DNA of 64,000 nt from a virus (lineage: Duplodnaviria > Caudoviricetes): the IMG/VR virus record IMGVR_UViG_3300009183_004565. One strand, given 5' to 3'. The notes beneath the pieces were generated by a model, which worked only from the letters and a program-made list of their open reading frames with translations, had not been told where the DNA came from and did not search any database. Shown here in pieces: positions 27,713 through 38,023 of this stretch (positions are counted from its first letter, which is position 1; every line of letters begins with the position of its first letter). Both the position numbers and the translations under genes were made by a program.

Positions 27713-28576
27713 ATGACACATTATGATACCTTGGGAGTTCCTGAGTCCGCCAGTCTGGATGAAATTAAAAAGGCCTATCGTAAGTTGGCCAATCAACATC
27801 ATCCTGACAAAGGCGGTGATACAAATCAATTCCAACAAATACAAGCGGCATATGACGCTGTCGGAGACGAACAAAAACGTGCCCAGTATGATGCCGAACG
27901 CCGTGGCGGTGGCGGATTCAGATTTACAGTAAATGGACAGGATGTTGGCGGTGGTGGTATGCCGCATGAAATGGAAGATATGTTGCGTAATTTTGGATTT
28001 GCATTTGGGCCGGGCTTTGCTGGGCACGGAGATCCATTTGCACAATTTAGGCAACCGCGACGTAACAAAGATCTGCAAGTGGATGTAATTGTTAGTCTTG
28101 CTAGTACACTAGATGCTCAAACAAAAACAATCAGCGTTCAAAATACCAATGGTGATCGTACTACAGTTGAAGTACAAATACCACGTGGTGTGAAACCCAA
28201 TAGTACAATTAAATATCCCGGGCTCGGAGATAACTTCTTTACCTCGTTACAGCGTGGAGATCTTTATGTTAGAATTCACGTAGAAGGTGATACTAGATTT
28301 ACAGTAGATAATTTAGATTTATATAAGACCATTGAAGTTTCATGTGTTGATGCTATGCTTGGTTGTGTATTAACTGTAGAAGGTTTGGATAATAAAAAAT
28401 TTGATATTACTCTCCCAGCTGGCTCGCAACACGGATCTAAATTTAGACTGCCACAACAAGGATTGTATGCAATGAACCAAACCCATAGAGGATCATTGAT
28501 TGTAGTATTGCATATTAACATTCCTACTAATTTATCTGAGTCACAAATCGCTGTATTACGCAACATCTTCAACTAA
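27713..28576 (+). CDS. dnaJ: DnaJ-class co-chaperone (CbpA-like, no zinc finger)
   Basis: J domain with HPD (HHPDKGG), G/F region, C-terminal GDLYV domain, no CxxCxGxG repeats. Confidence 0.9.
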   Translation: MTHYDTLGVPESASLDEIKKAYRKLANQHHPDKGGDTNQFQQIQAAYDAVGDEQKRAQYDAERRGGGGFRFTVNGQDVGGGGMPHEMEDMLRNFGFAFGPGFAGHGDPFAQFRQPRRNKDLQVDVIVSLASTLDAQTKTISVQNTNGDRTTVEVQIPRGVKPNSTIKYPGLGDNFFTSLQRGDLYVRIHVEGDTRFTVDNLDLYKTIEVSCVDAMLGCVLTVEGLDNKKFDITLPAGSQHGSKFRLPQQGLYAMNQTHRGSLIVVLHINIPTNLSESQIAVLRNIFN

Positions 28577-28592
28577 TAATATAAATATTTTT

Positions 28593-30875
28593 ATGTTACA
28601 AACCAATCCCGAAATTGATCATGTTGTGTCCGAAGCTACGCTTTTAGCAAAATCTTTCAGTCACGAGTATGTAACACTGGAGCATGTCTTTTTAAGTATG
28701 GTTAGATATGATCCATTTAAAGATTTCATTGTCAGTTACGGTGCCGATGTTGAGGGTCTAGATGCAGACCTTGATGCTTATCTTGGTGCACAAGACTTGT
28801 TGGTAGTAAACGATTCTGATCCTAAAAAAACACATGCCTTAGAGCGTGTTTTTAATCGTGCATTCACCCAGGTACTTTTTAGTTCCAGAACCCATGTACA
28901 AATGATGGATTTATTTCTAAGTATCCATGCAGAAACTAGTAGCTATGCACATTACTTTATGGTCAAGTACAATCTTGATCGTGCAAAGCTTGTTGAAATG
29001 TACAATAAAAGTTATAAATCTGAAGCAGGTAAAGCTGTAGCAAGTGCAAGTCAAGCAGATAAGATTCTTGAACACTACTGTGACAACTTAAACAAAAAAG
29101 CCGAAGAGGGTAATATAGATCCGGTTATCGGAAGAGAAAACGAAACTAACGAAATTGTTGAAACTTTAGCACGTCGTAACAAATCAAATGTACTAATGAT
29201 TGGCGATCCAGGTGTTGGTAAAACAGCAATTGCCGAAGGATTAGCTCTAGCTATTGTTCTCAAAACAGTGCCAGAATATCTACTAGACTATACAGTATAC
29301 AATCTTGATATCAGCAGCTTGTTGGCAGGTAGTAAGTACCGCGGCGACTTTGAAGAAAAGATACACGAAATACTTGCAGCACTTAATGTTAAAGGCAAGT
29401 CAATACTGTTCATTGACGAAGCACATCAAATGCGCGGTGCAGGTGCAGGAAGTCAAAATAGTGTAGACTTTAGTAATATAATTAAACCTGCACTAAGCAA
29501 AGGTAAAATTAAAGTTATTGCTAGTACTACATGGGAAGAATATACGCAGAGTTTTGAAAAGGATCGTGCATTAATGCGACGCTTTCAACGTATTACTATC
29601 GACGAACCAAGTCCAGTAATAGCCAAAGAAATTTTATACGGATTACGTCTAAATTTTGAAAAGTTTCATGACGGTACTATTACCGACGATGCTATTGATG
29701 CAGCAGTTGAGCTCAGTGTGCGTTATCAAACAGATAAAAAACTCCCAGATAAGGCAATTGATCTTATTGATGCTTCTTGTGCCAAGTTAAAAATTAAAGG
29801 TACAGCATGGATTGTGGATCGTGCTGTTATCATTAACACTATCAGTAGACTTACTAGAATTCCTGTAGAACAGATTGGTAATACTGAAGGCGCAAAAGGA
29901 ATTGAAGGTCTAGAAGCAAATGTCAAAGATCGACTGTACGGACAAGATGCTGCTGTAGATACTGTGCTAGAAAAAATCTATGTTAGCCGTGCAGGATTGA
30001 AATCATTGAGTAAGCCAATTGGTAACTTCTTGTTCTTGGGTCCAACTGGTACTGGTAAAACAGAACTAGCAAAGTTACTGGCAGAAAATCTTGGCATGAA
30101 ACTGTTACGTTACGATATGAGTGAATATCAAGAACGTCATACTGTTGCTAAACTAATTGGTGCTCCTCCAGGCTATGTGGGCTACGAAGATGGCAACTTG
30201 GGTGGTGGGTTACTGATCAGTGATATTGAAAAGAATCCAAACTGTATTATACTAATGGACGAAATTGAAAAAGCTCATCCTGATGTAAGCAACATCTTAC
30301 TGCAAATGATGGATGAAGGAACTATTACCAGCAGTAACGGTAAGAAAGCCGACTGTCGCAATGCTATTGTTATTCTAACCAGTAATCTTGGTGCTGCGGA
30401 TAACGAACGTAACACAATTGGTTTTACCAAAGAACTGCAGAAATCCGGCGAAGATGACAAAGCAGTTAAAGACTTCTTTAAACCTGAATTTCGTAATCGT
30501 TTAGATGGCATTGTCAAGTTTGCCAAACTTGATGATCTAAGTATGCGTAAGATTGTTGGCAAGTTTATTGGTGAACTAAACGATTTACTACTAGAAAAAC
30601 AATTACGTGTTAGACTAACTGAAGCTGCAGTAGACGAATTGGTTACTAAAGGGTTTGATCCCAAGATGGGTGCTCGTCCATTGCAACGAAAGATCAATGA
30701 CTTAATTAAAGTACCTCTAAGTAAAAAGATCTTGTTTGACAAAATTCCTAGTAACAGTATAATAGTAGTAGGTTTTGTCGATGATAAGTTTGATTTTCAA
30801 ATTATAGCTTCGGCTGATACCACATATAGAATAGACGAAAATGGATATATCCTTTTGGAAGAGCCTATCATCTGA
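28593..30875 (+). CDS. clpA: ClpA-type Hsp100 AAA+ unfoldase
   Basis: Clp N-domain (HEYVTLEH), GDPGVGKT, GSKYRGDFEE, FIDEAH, LPDKAIDL, GPTGTGKT, GAPPGYVG, LMDEIEKAHPDV, GARPL; no ClpB M-domain. Confidence 0.93.
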   Translation: MLQTNPEIDHVVSEATLLAKSFSHEYVTLEHVFLSMVRYDPFKDFIVSYGADVEGLDADLDAYLGAQDLLVVNDSDPKKTHALERVFNRAFTQVLFSSRTHVQMMDLFLSIHAETSSYAHYFMVKYNLDRAKLVEMYNKSYKSEAGKAVASASQADKILEHYCDNLNKKAEEGNIDPVIGRENETNEIVETLARRNKSNVLMIGDPGVGKTAIAEGLALAIVLKTVPEYLLDYTVYNLDISSLLAGSKYRGDFEEKIHEILAALNVKGKSILFIDEAHQMRGAGAGSQNSVDFSNIIKPALSKGKIKVIASTTWEEYTQSFEKDRALMRRFQRITIDEPSPVIAKEILYGLRLNFEKFHDGTITDDAIDAAVELSVRYQTDKKLPDKAIDLIDASCAKLKIKGTAWIVDRAVIINTISRLTRIPVEQIGNTEGAKGIEGLEANVKDRLYGQDAAVDTVLEKIYVSRAGLKSLSKPIGNFLFLGPTGTGKTELAKLLAENLGMKLLRYDMSEYQERHTVAKLIGAPPGYVGYEDGNLGGGLLISDIEKNPNCIILMDEIEKAHPDVSNILLQMMDEGTITSSNGKKADCRNAIVILTSNLGAADNERNTIGFTKELQKSGEDDKAVKDFFKPEFRNRLDGIVKFAKLDDLSMRKIVGKFIGELNDLLLEKQLRVRLTEAAVDELVTKGFDPKMGARPLQRKINDLIKVPLSKKILFDKIPSNSIIVVGFVDDKFDFQIIASADTTYRIDENGYILLEEPII

Positions 30876-31560
30876 CGTTCAGATTGAGTATACTTCTAAG
30901 CAGTTTTACAAACAATACCTATATCGATTAGAGATAAATGCACCCGGATGCAAAAGTATTCGTAGTGAAGATATAGGTGAAAATATTGAACGTAGAAAGT
31001 CTTTTGCTCGAGATTACAACTATGGTGGTTCGTGGTGGGATAAAAGATTAAGGGAGATTCTATCATCTGCGGATATAGGATTTTTATACGCCCTTAAAGA
31101 TTTATTCTACGAATACCCGGATGTTAAAATTCGCACAGAAGAACCAAAAGTATCCATTTATGCTGATTGCGAGATCATGCTGCAAAGTGTAGCTAAATCT
31201 ATCAGTCCCGATTATAGACATCATATCATTTCAGCTACAGGCCCAGAGAGCAGTTTCAAAGAAAACATCTTAAAGGGTAATGCTGTTTTGGTAAAACGGC
31301 AACCGGCATTTAAATATCGTGTTTATTTCAAAGAAAAACGGTTTGACATAACGTCAAGAGTCCAAATACACAACTATCTTGTAAGCCTTGGTGATTTAGT
31401 AAAGATGACTTCAAATACTCAAGAACAATTAACTAGATCCGGAGATTGGATGTGGGGTTGTTATTTCTACACCAACGATCCCGGAGTAGCTAATTTGGTG
31501 CGTATTATTAATCCAGATATCATCAGAGAAGTTTGTGAGCTGGTATATATACAGGAATAA
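30841..31560 (+). CDS. Hypothetical protein
   Basis: 239 aa, overlaps the end of clpA. Confidence 0.6.
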   Translation: MDISFWKSLSSDVQIEYTSKQFYKQYLYRLEINAPGCKSIRSEDIGENIERRKSFARDYNYGGSWWDKRLREILSSADIGFLYALKDLFYEYPDVKIRTEEPKVSIYADCEIMLQSVAKSISPDYRHHIISATGPESSFKENILKGNAVLVKRQPAFKYRVYFKEKRFDITSRVQIHNYLVSLGDLVKMTSNTQEQLTRSGDWMWGCYFYTNDPGVANLVRIINPDIIREVCELVYIQE

Positions 31561-31582
31561 ATACCTGTATATCAAGGAGCCC

Positions 31583-31756
31583 ATGATGGCAAAAATACAC
31601 GAAGAAGTAATTGTAATTACAGTCAGTAAACTAGTAAAAGACTCTGATGCAGTAGATGCACCTGATCTTGCAAATACAGAGATCATTGCAGCTTTAGGAT
31701 CAGTAGCAGAAGAATTATTCGGCAACGGCGTTGTTGTCGAAGTAAACAAAGCCTAA
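31583..31756 (+). CDS. Small hypothetical protein
   Basis: AAGGAG RBS and TAAATA upstream; ATG at 31583 or 31586. Confidence 0.65.
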   Translation: MMAKIHEEVIVITVSKLVKDSDAVDAPDLANTEIIAALGSVAEELFGNGVVVEVNKA

Positions 31757-31781
31757 TCAAATTTAACCAAGAGAGAAATCA

Positions 31782-32723
31782 ATGACCAAAAAAGTAATTG
31801 GAGATAATGCCTCTACGCAGGCAAGCGCAGTGGCCGCGATTAAAGCAGCAGCAGCACAACGTGCAGGTGCTACCCCTTCACCAACTGATGCAGTTGCAAT
31901 GATTAAAGCAGCAGCAGCAAAGCAACAACAAGCACCACAACAACAAGGTCAACAATTTGACTTTAGTAAATGTCATTTACATATTGGTATGCCTTGTTAC
32001 GGTGGTAACGTAAGCGAACCAACAATGACATCATTGTTACGCTTTATTCTTATGGCGCAACAAGTTGGACTTAACTGGTCATTGGATACCATGGTCAATG
32101 AGAGTTTGGTTACTCGTGCCCGTAATAATCTAATGGCTAAAATGATGACCAACAAGTCTGCTACACACTTTATGTTTATTGATGCTGATATTCGTTTCCA
32201 ACCTGAATCCATTCTACAAATGATGGCCTGTGATAAAGACGTTATTGGTGGATTGTATCCCAAGAAAGCATTACCAGTTAATTATGTTATTAACTTACGT
32301 CGCGAAACTAAAGTACAAGGCGATATCTTTACTGTAGACACAATGGGCACTGGATTCTTGTTATTCAAGCGCCACGTATATGAACAACTGTGTGTAGCAC
32401 ATCCAGAATGCAAGTATGTGGACGATGTTGGTTTAGGTAAACAGTATGAACCTACAATGTTTAGCATCTTTGATGTTGGCATTGACGAAAAAGGACACTA
32501 CTTGTCTGAGGATTGGTTGTTCTGTCGTAGATGGTGTGCGCTAGGTGGCGAAATCTGGGCACATGGTAAAGTACTGCTGAATCACATCGGACACTATGAG
32601 TTTGTTGGTGATCTAAGCAAGATGCCATCATTTACTCATCCTCCAGGCGAAACAGCAGATGTAGGTGCTGGTCCTGCTGCATTGCAGGATGCTATTAAAA
32701 TGGCACAGAAGACACCTGCCTGA
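31782..32723 (+). CDS. GT-A fold glycosyltransferase-like protein with Ala/Gln-rich extensions
   Basis: HIGMPCYGG, ESLVTRARN, FMFIDADI (DxD), LSEDWLFC.RW...GG.IW. Confidence 0.75.
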   Translation: MTKKVIGDNASTQASAVAAIKAAAAQRAGATPSPTDAVAMIKAAAAKQQQAPQQQGQQFDFSKCHLHIGMPCYGGNVSEPTMTSLLRFILMAQQVGLNWSLDTMVNESLVTRARNNLMAKMMTNKSATHFMFIDADIRFQPESILQMMACDKDVIGGLYPKKALPVNYVINLRRETKVQGDIFTVDTMGTGFLLFKRHVYEQLCVAHPECKYVDDVGLGKQYEPTMFSIFDVGIDEKGHYLSEDWLFCRRWCALGGEIWAHGKVLLNHIGHYEFVGDLSKMPSFTHPPGETADVGAGPAALQDAIKMAQKTPA

Positions 32724-33199
32724 TGAGTACAGAGACCCTCCATTTTAAAATTGGGTTGAGTACTAACTCAACTGCCAAAATGCCAGAATTTACCCTAGGT
32801 GTAAACGGTACAACATATTTTAAAGGAACATTAAGTTCCGGGGGGTCCACTGAATATTTTGAGTTTGATGCTGAGATACAAGAAGGGGATGGGGTATTCG
32901 AACTCTGTCTCCTTAATAAGCAGGAAACTGATACTGTAAAAGGTGACAACGGAGAGATCTTAGAAGATATGCTACTTAACGTAGACAGCGTTGAAATAGA
33001 TGATATTGGTCTGGGATTTTTGCTATGGACTCATAGCAAATATTTTCCAACGTACCCCGAAAGTTATATTGAATATTGTAAAACCGCTGGTAACGATTTA
33101 CCAGAATCCGTGTTAAACTGTGTGACCATGGGGTGGAACGGGACTTGGAAAATCCCTTTTACTAGCCCTTTCTTTGTTTGGCTATTAGAAAATCTTTAA
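32723..33199 (+). CDS. Hypothetical protein, paralogous to 60120-60689
   Basis: Shared I..I..DD(I/V) and M..NG.....F..P....L motifs. Confidence 0.6.
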   Translation: MSTETLHFKIGLSTNSTAKMPEFTLGVNGTTYFKGTLSSGGSTEYFEFDAEIQEGDGVFELCLLNKQETDTVKGDNGEILEDMLLNVDSVEIDDIGLGFLLWTHSKYFPTYPESYIEYCKTAGNDLPESVLNCVTMGWNGTWKIPFTSPFFVWLLENL

Positions 33200-33228
33200 A
33201 CTAAATATAGCAATAGAATGGTAAAATC

Positions 33229-34131
33229 ATGTTTATTGCTAGTTTATTTGAAAATTATATTACTGAAGCTGGAGCAAACTTAGTAGTCCTATATCCTGGA
33301 AGATTTCAACCCTTTCATTTAGGACACAGAGAAGTATTTCAATCCCTTCAAGGTAAATTTGGACGCGATAGCGTGTATATTGCCACTAGCAATAAAACAG
33401 AATTACCAAAAAGCCCCTTTAATTTCACAGATAAAAGCATACTAATGCATGCCGCTGGTATTCCTGGCGATCGCATACTTGAAGTTGCAAGTCCTTATAA
33501 ACTCCCTGCTCAGTTTGATGCTGCAAATACTATCTTTATAGCCGCAATAGGTGCACCTGATGTGCAGCGCCTGTCGCCGGACAGTATTAAAAAGGATGGC
33601 ACAGAAGGATACTTTAAAACTTTTAAAAGTATAAAAGAATGTGCTACAGCTGACAAACATGGCTATGTTATTGTAGCCGAAGAACGTCACAAAGTCATTA
33701 ACATTGCCGGACAGCAGATAGATGTTAGTCACGGCACACAAACCCGCGAAGCATGGAATTTAGTAAGAGACAATCCCAAACAACGTAGCGAATTCTTGTT
33801 ACAAATGTACGGTAGAGATGATGCAGAACTAGGGCGTGTACTGGACAAAATTGCTCGCCCGGTCACTGAAGAAGCAGCCGGAGTTGGCGTAGTTAAAAAC
33901 GGTAATGATCCACGTTATAGCATGGCCACCATGGGCAACGATAATGATGTAACTGCTGCTACACTTCCCAAGATGATGAAGGGCTACCGTTTAACAGAAC
34001 GCTATAATAAATTACAAGAAGAAATAGCATCTTTAAAAGAAAAGTGGTCAACCAAGTATAAAAAAAGCATCAACTGCAATAACCCAAAAGGGTTCAGCCA
34101 GCGAGCACATTGCCAAGGTAGAAAAAAATAA
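33229..34131 (+). CDS. HxGH nucleotidyl/cytidylyltransferase-like protein with basic Cys C-terminal module
   Basis: YPGRFQPFHLGH, SPFNF.DK; C-terminal KWSTKYKKSINCNNPKGFSQRAHCQGRKK. Confidence 0.75.
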   Translation: MFIASLFENYITEAGANLVVLYPGRFQPFHLGHREVFQSLQGKFGRDSVYIATSNKTELPKSPFNFTDKSILMHAAGIPGDRILEVASPYKLPAQFDAANTIFIAAIGAPDVQRLSPDSIKKDGTEGYFKTFKSIKECATADKHGYVIVAEERHKVINIAGQQIDVSHGTQTREAWNLVRDNPKQRSEFLLQMYGRDDAELGRVLDKIARPVTEEAAGVGVVKNGNDPRYSMATMGNDNDVTAATLPKMMKGYRLTERYNKLQEEIASLKEKWSTKYKKSINCNNPKGFSQRAHCQGRKK

Positions 34132-34439
34132 TGTTACAGCACATCAAAGCTGATGTACATTGTTTATGGGACGATCATTTACCAATCTATCGCATATTTG
34201 TAGACGACGATTTGATAACAGAAAGAACATTTATCTGGCACTGTTATCGAGTTGTAATACGTGAGAATTTAGTTTGTGATTTAGAACCCGGAATACACAC
34301 ACTCAGAGTTGAAGCTGTTAATATTAGCGAAAACGGTGGCTTTAGATTTGAAAATTTTATACTCGAAGGCCGGACTGATGCGGAACATCCTAATCATCAT
34401 GATCCACAATACAAACAGATCACCTTTATTGTAAACTAA
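34131..34439 (+). CDS. Hypothetical protein
   Basis: 102 aa, TAATG-coupled. Confidence 0.6.
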   Translation: MLQHIKADVHCLWDDHLPIYRIFVDDDLITERTFIWHCYRVVIRENLVCDLEPGIHTLRVEAVNISENGGFRFENFILEGRTDAEHPNHHDPQYKQITFIVN

Positions 34440-34467
34440 TAAATACTAATTATTATAGGTAATTGAC

Positions 34468-35415
34468 ATGAAACCAACAGAATTTATTGTAGAAACTAGC
34501 CAAATTGCACAAGAAGCAGATAACATGCATGCTGACCATGAAGTACAAATGGCCAGATCTGATTGCTATAGTGCAGCCAAATACGCCATTGAGCTACATC
34601 GTATGCTTAAAGAGATCAGCGAACAACAAGGACTGGATGGCTGGGTAAGCGAAAAGATTACACTAGCAAATGATTACTTACGCTCAGTGCATGAGTATCT
34701 AGGGCACGAAATGGCACATGGTCAAGAGCAGGCCATGATGAGCTTCACTGCAGAAGCTGCAGAGTATGCCGTTGATCAATTGCTAGTAGAAGATGATTAC
34801 GATGATGCTGTGGCTGATTTCTTATCCAAGAACAAACCTACAGTAGGTAAAACACACAAGCCAAGAAAATCAGAACGTTTAGGCGGTAGTAGACATATTG
34901 GCGGTGGTGGAGAAAAAATGAAAGCAAGTCGCACAGGAATAAGTTCTAAGCCAACAGGTAAAGCTGTTGCAGGTCAAGCTAGTCTAGGCGAGGATGGCCA
35001 GAAAGGCATGAGTCGTGCTGCTAAAGGCTATGAGAAGTACGGCAAAGAGGGCATGCAAGCATTAGCCAAGGCCGGACGTGAAGGAAAAGATTTAACTAAG
35101 ATTAGAGACAAGTACAACAAATACGATAAAGGTGTATCAGAAGTGGCAATGAGTCCTGCTCCAACTCCACAAAAAAGTGGCATTCCATCAGATGCAACAA
35201 CCACAGTACCAGGAATGAAGGCTACCCCGGCTGATTTAAAGAAAGCTAACTCAAGTGCAGTTATTGGCGAAATGGCCACAGGTGGTGGATCCAGTTCGGG
35301 CGGTATTGCTACAAGCATGGGCGGCCCAGGACATAAATCAACATCGGGCGTTCCCAAGAAGGTTGGTAATGTACACAAGTCAAAAAAAATTGCAGTGGGC
35401 AAAGGCGTTTACTAA
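34468..35415 (+). CDS. Probable capsid-internal protein
   Basis: Starts MKPTEFIVE (like the T4 capsid-targeting sequence); many hydrophobic-x-E sites; basic Gly-rich segments. Confidence 0.55.
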   Translation: MKPTEFIVETSQIAQEADNMHADHEVQMARSDCYSAAKYAIELHRMLKEISEQQGLDGWVSEKITLANDYLRSVHEYLGHEMAHGQEQAMMSFTAEAAEYAVDQLLVEDDYDDAVADFLSKNKPTVGKTHKPRKSERLGGSRHIGGGGEKMKASRTGISSKPTGKAVAGQASLGEDGQKGMSRAAKGYEKYGKEGMQALAKAGREGKDLTKIRDKYNKYDKGVSEVAMSPAPTPQKSGIPSDATTTVPGMKATPADLKKANSSAVIGEMATGGGSSSGGIATSMGGPGHKSTSGVPKKVGNVHKSKKIAVGKGVY

Positions 35416-35975
35416 TGAGCGACATGCGTGACCTACTAGAGAAGATGTCATTTGCCGGACAGGCAGCGGGGCAAAAGCCCGGTGACCAAGTTCGTGGCAG
35501 TGAACCAATGCCTAAAAAGGGCGGAGGTAAAAAACATCCTTACGCTGGTCGTCTAGTAGGTGGCACTGATGAAAGCATTGACTATTGTGATGCATGCGAT
35601 CGTGTTAAGAGTAAATGTATCTGTGATGAAAAATCATCATTGAAAGAAGAATTTGATCAGTATCTTGCTGAGTACGGTGCACCAGGGTCTGCTATTGGCA
35701 ACGATACTGGCACTAATCCTCAAGAACAGGCAGCATTACGTCAACAACAAACTGCACAAAAACAAGAAATAAACAATCAACTTGCGGGACTAGTGGCGCA
35801 AGTAACTGGTGCACGAGCACAAATTGCACAGATTAACAAACAATTTCCTCAGGGTGCTAATCCAGTGGAAAAATCAATGGCACTAAGAGATATGCAAGGT
35901 CAAAGAATAGGTTTGCAAAATCAAATTGAAGATCTAATGACCCAAATTGCAGCATTGCGCTCACAAGCATTATAA
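35415..35975 (+). CDS. Probable capsid-internal protein
   Basis: MRDLLE leader, CDAC...CIC motif, Gln-rich coil. Confidence 0.5.
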   Translation: MSDMRDLLEKMSFAGQAAGQKPGDQVRGSEPMPKKGGGKKHPYAGRLVGGTDESIDYCDACDRVKSKCICDEKSSLKEEFDQYLAEYGAPGSAIGNDTGTNPQEQAALRQQQTAQKQEINNQLAGLVAQVTGARAQIAQINKQFPQGANPVEKSMALRDMQGQRIGLQNQIEDLMTQIAALRSQAL

Positions 35976-35986
35976 GAGAGATAGAA

Positions 35987-38023
35987 ATGTTTTTAGAAGA
36001 TTTTTACAATAAAAAGAATACACCCGAAGGCTTTGGTGCTGCAGTCAGTAATGTTGCCGCAAAGGTAGGTGACACATTGGCAAATGCATTGCCAAAAGAG
36101 ATGCAACCATTTAATAACGATACTGCTGCAAAAAATTATGCAAGTCTTAGGCCAGTAAAAAATCCTGTTAAAGAGAACTCAGGAGTTACCAAGCACAATG
36201 ATTACGATCGCTGGAGTGACGAAGTTGCCGCTGCAGGTGGTGAGATACACCCGCAGCGGGATGGAAATCGTTTGGTGGCACAAAGCTGGGACGGTGACGT
36301 CATTGGTGAATTTAATCTTAGAACCAATCAAGGTTATATTAACAGACAGCAAGGTGTGGCGGAAGGCAAAGGTGATTTTGCACAAGCCATTGAAAATCTA
36401 CACGGTTGGCATGAAGTAGAATCAAACAATCCTGACATAAGAATTTGGGAGTTTGATGATCGTGAAGGCGGTCACTACGCTCAAGGAACAGTGTATTACA
36501 TTGAGAAAACTGGTCGCATACAAATAGAGTTTGAAGACCATGACGGGTATCACGGTGGTGATGTAACTGATGCTTTTGATTCCATTGGTGATGCTATGAA
36601 TGTGTTAAAGAATATCACAGTGCAGATTAGACCAAACACCGGCAAAGCACGAGATTTTGATAAACTTGGTGGAAGAACTGTTGCAGGCCCAGATGATCTA
36701 TATAAAACTGATCGTGTAGGCCGGAAAGGTACCTTGAACAAGAGTCGCATGGATGCTATGAAAACATCTAGTCCGTATCGCAAGACAGGCCCCGAAGGTC
36801 AATTACCAGAGTCTGCTTTAGCAGAAGCCACAGGTGATCCAAAATTTGACAAGATGCTTAAAGGTATTACAGGTAAAAGGAAAGTAGCCAAACAACAAAA
36901 AACAGATACCAAACAACAGGCACGTGATGCTTTTGGTGGTATGTTTGGTGGCGGTAATCCTGCTGATAAACTTGGCATCAGAAAGAAAAACGTAGACGAA
37001 GGTAGTGAACTGCCTCCTAATGTAGTAGACATGATCAAGAAAATTGCTCAAAGTACTGCAGCTCCCGAACACAAAAAGGCCATGATCAACGCCTTGATAG
37101 CAAAATATCGTGACTCGGCCATGGCAGAAACTTACGGTGCTGAGTTACATACCAAGCACAAGAAGAATAGATTCAAACAACTTCAAAAAATAAAGAAAAC
37201 ACAGAAAAAAGCATTTGGTCTAGACGAAGCTGGCTGCACAATGACCAAGGAGGGTCGCGAATGCCCAATGCATGGTTTACAGGAATGCCCTGGTTACGGA
37301 ATGATGGAAACTTCTGCACAAAATAAATTGCACCAGCGTCATCAAGAAATTAGAAAGAAAAGTGGACTGCCACATCCTGATCATTACTTAAAGATGATGA
37401 AACAAAAGCAAGCAGAAATTGATGCATTACGATCAGAGATTGCTGCAGACAAGGCGAAAGGGCTAGGCGAAGCACGTAAGCCCGACTATAACTTTGATAT
37501 AGAAGATATCAAGAAACTTGAAAAAATAAGAGACTTGTCTACGTTAAAAACGTTAGCGTTTGATTTGATCAGTAAACCTAGTGCCAAGCCAATGAAGCCA
37601 GAAAAAGTTGAATGGTTCAGATCAGCTCTAGAGCGTATGGATAGTCCACTTAAAGTTATCAAGTTGATGTACGACTTGATGTTGAGTGGTGAAGGACATC
37701 AAGTGATTGGATCACGTAACAGCATGAAGGCCAACAGCTATCGCGGACGTTTTAGCGAACAAGAAGATATTAACGAACACATTGAACGTTACGTTGAGGA
37801 ACTTGGCCGTGCCGGATATGAAGTAGTTACTGAGTCGGCTATTGCTTGTCCTGAATGTGGCGGACCTGCATACAGCAATCCAATGTTGGCAGAGAAACAA
37901 GATGCTTGTTATCATAAAGTGAAAAGTCGTTACAAAGTATGGCCCAGTGCATACGCATCAGGTGCACTAGTTCGTTGCCGAAAAGTAGGCGCCAATAATT
38001 GGGGCAACAAGAGTAAAAAATGA
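35987..38023 (+). CDS. Probable capsid-internal polyprotein
   Basis: 678 aa made of unrelated modules separated by VKE/VAE/LAE/VDE/LDE/LGE/VTE sites; final module CYHKVKSRYKVWPSAYASGALVRCRK. Confidence 0.55.
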   Translation: MFLEDFYNKKNTPEGFGAAVSNVAAKVGDTLANALPKEMQPFNNDTAAKNYASLRPVKNPVKENSGVTKHNDYDRWSDEVAAAGGEIHPQRDGNRLVAQSWDGDVIGEFNLRTNQGYINRQQGVAEGKGDFAQAIENLHGWHEVESNNPDIRIWEFDDREGGHYAQGTVYYIEKTGRIQIEFEDHDGYHGGDVTDAFDSIGDAMNVLKNITVQIRPNTGKARDFDKLGGRTVAGPDDLYKTDRVGRKGTLNKSRMDAMKTSSPYRKTGPEGQLPESALAEATGDPKFDKMLKGITGKRKVAKQQKTDTKQQARDAFGGMFGGGNPADKLGIRKKNVDEGSELPPNVVDMIKKIAQSTAAPEHKKAMINALIAKYRDSAMAETYGAELHTKHKKNRFKQLQKIKKTQKKAFGLDEAGCTMTKEGRECPMHGLQECPGYGMMETSAQNKLHQRHQEIRKKSGLPHPDHYLKMMKQKQAEIDALRSEIAADKAKGLGEARKPDYNFDIEDIKKLEKIRDLSTLKTLAFDLISKPSAKPMKPEKVEWFRSALERMDSPLKVIKLMYDLMLSGEGHQVIGSRNSMKANSYRGRFSEQEDINEHIERYVEELGRAGYEVVTESAIACPECGGPAYSNPMLAEKQDACYHKVKSRYKVWPSAYASGALVRCRKVGANNWGNKSKK

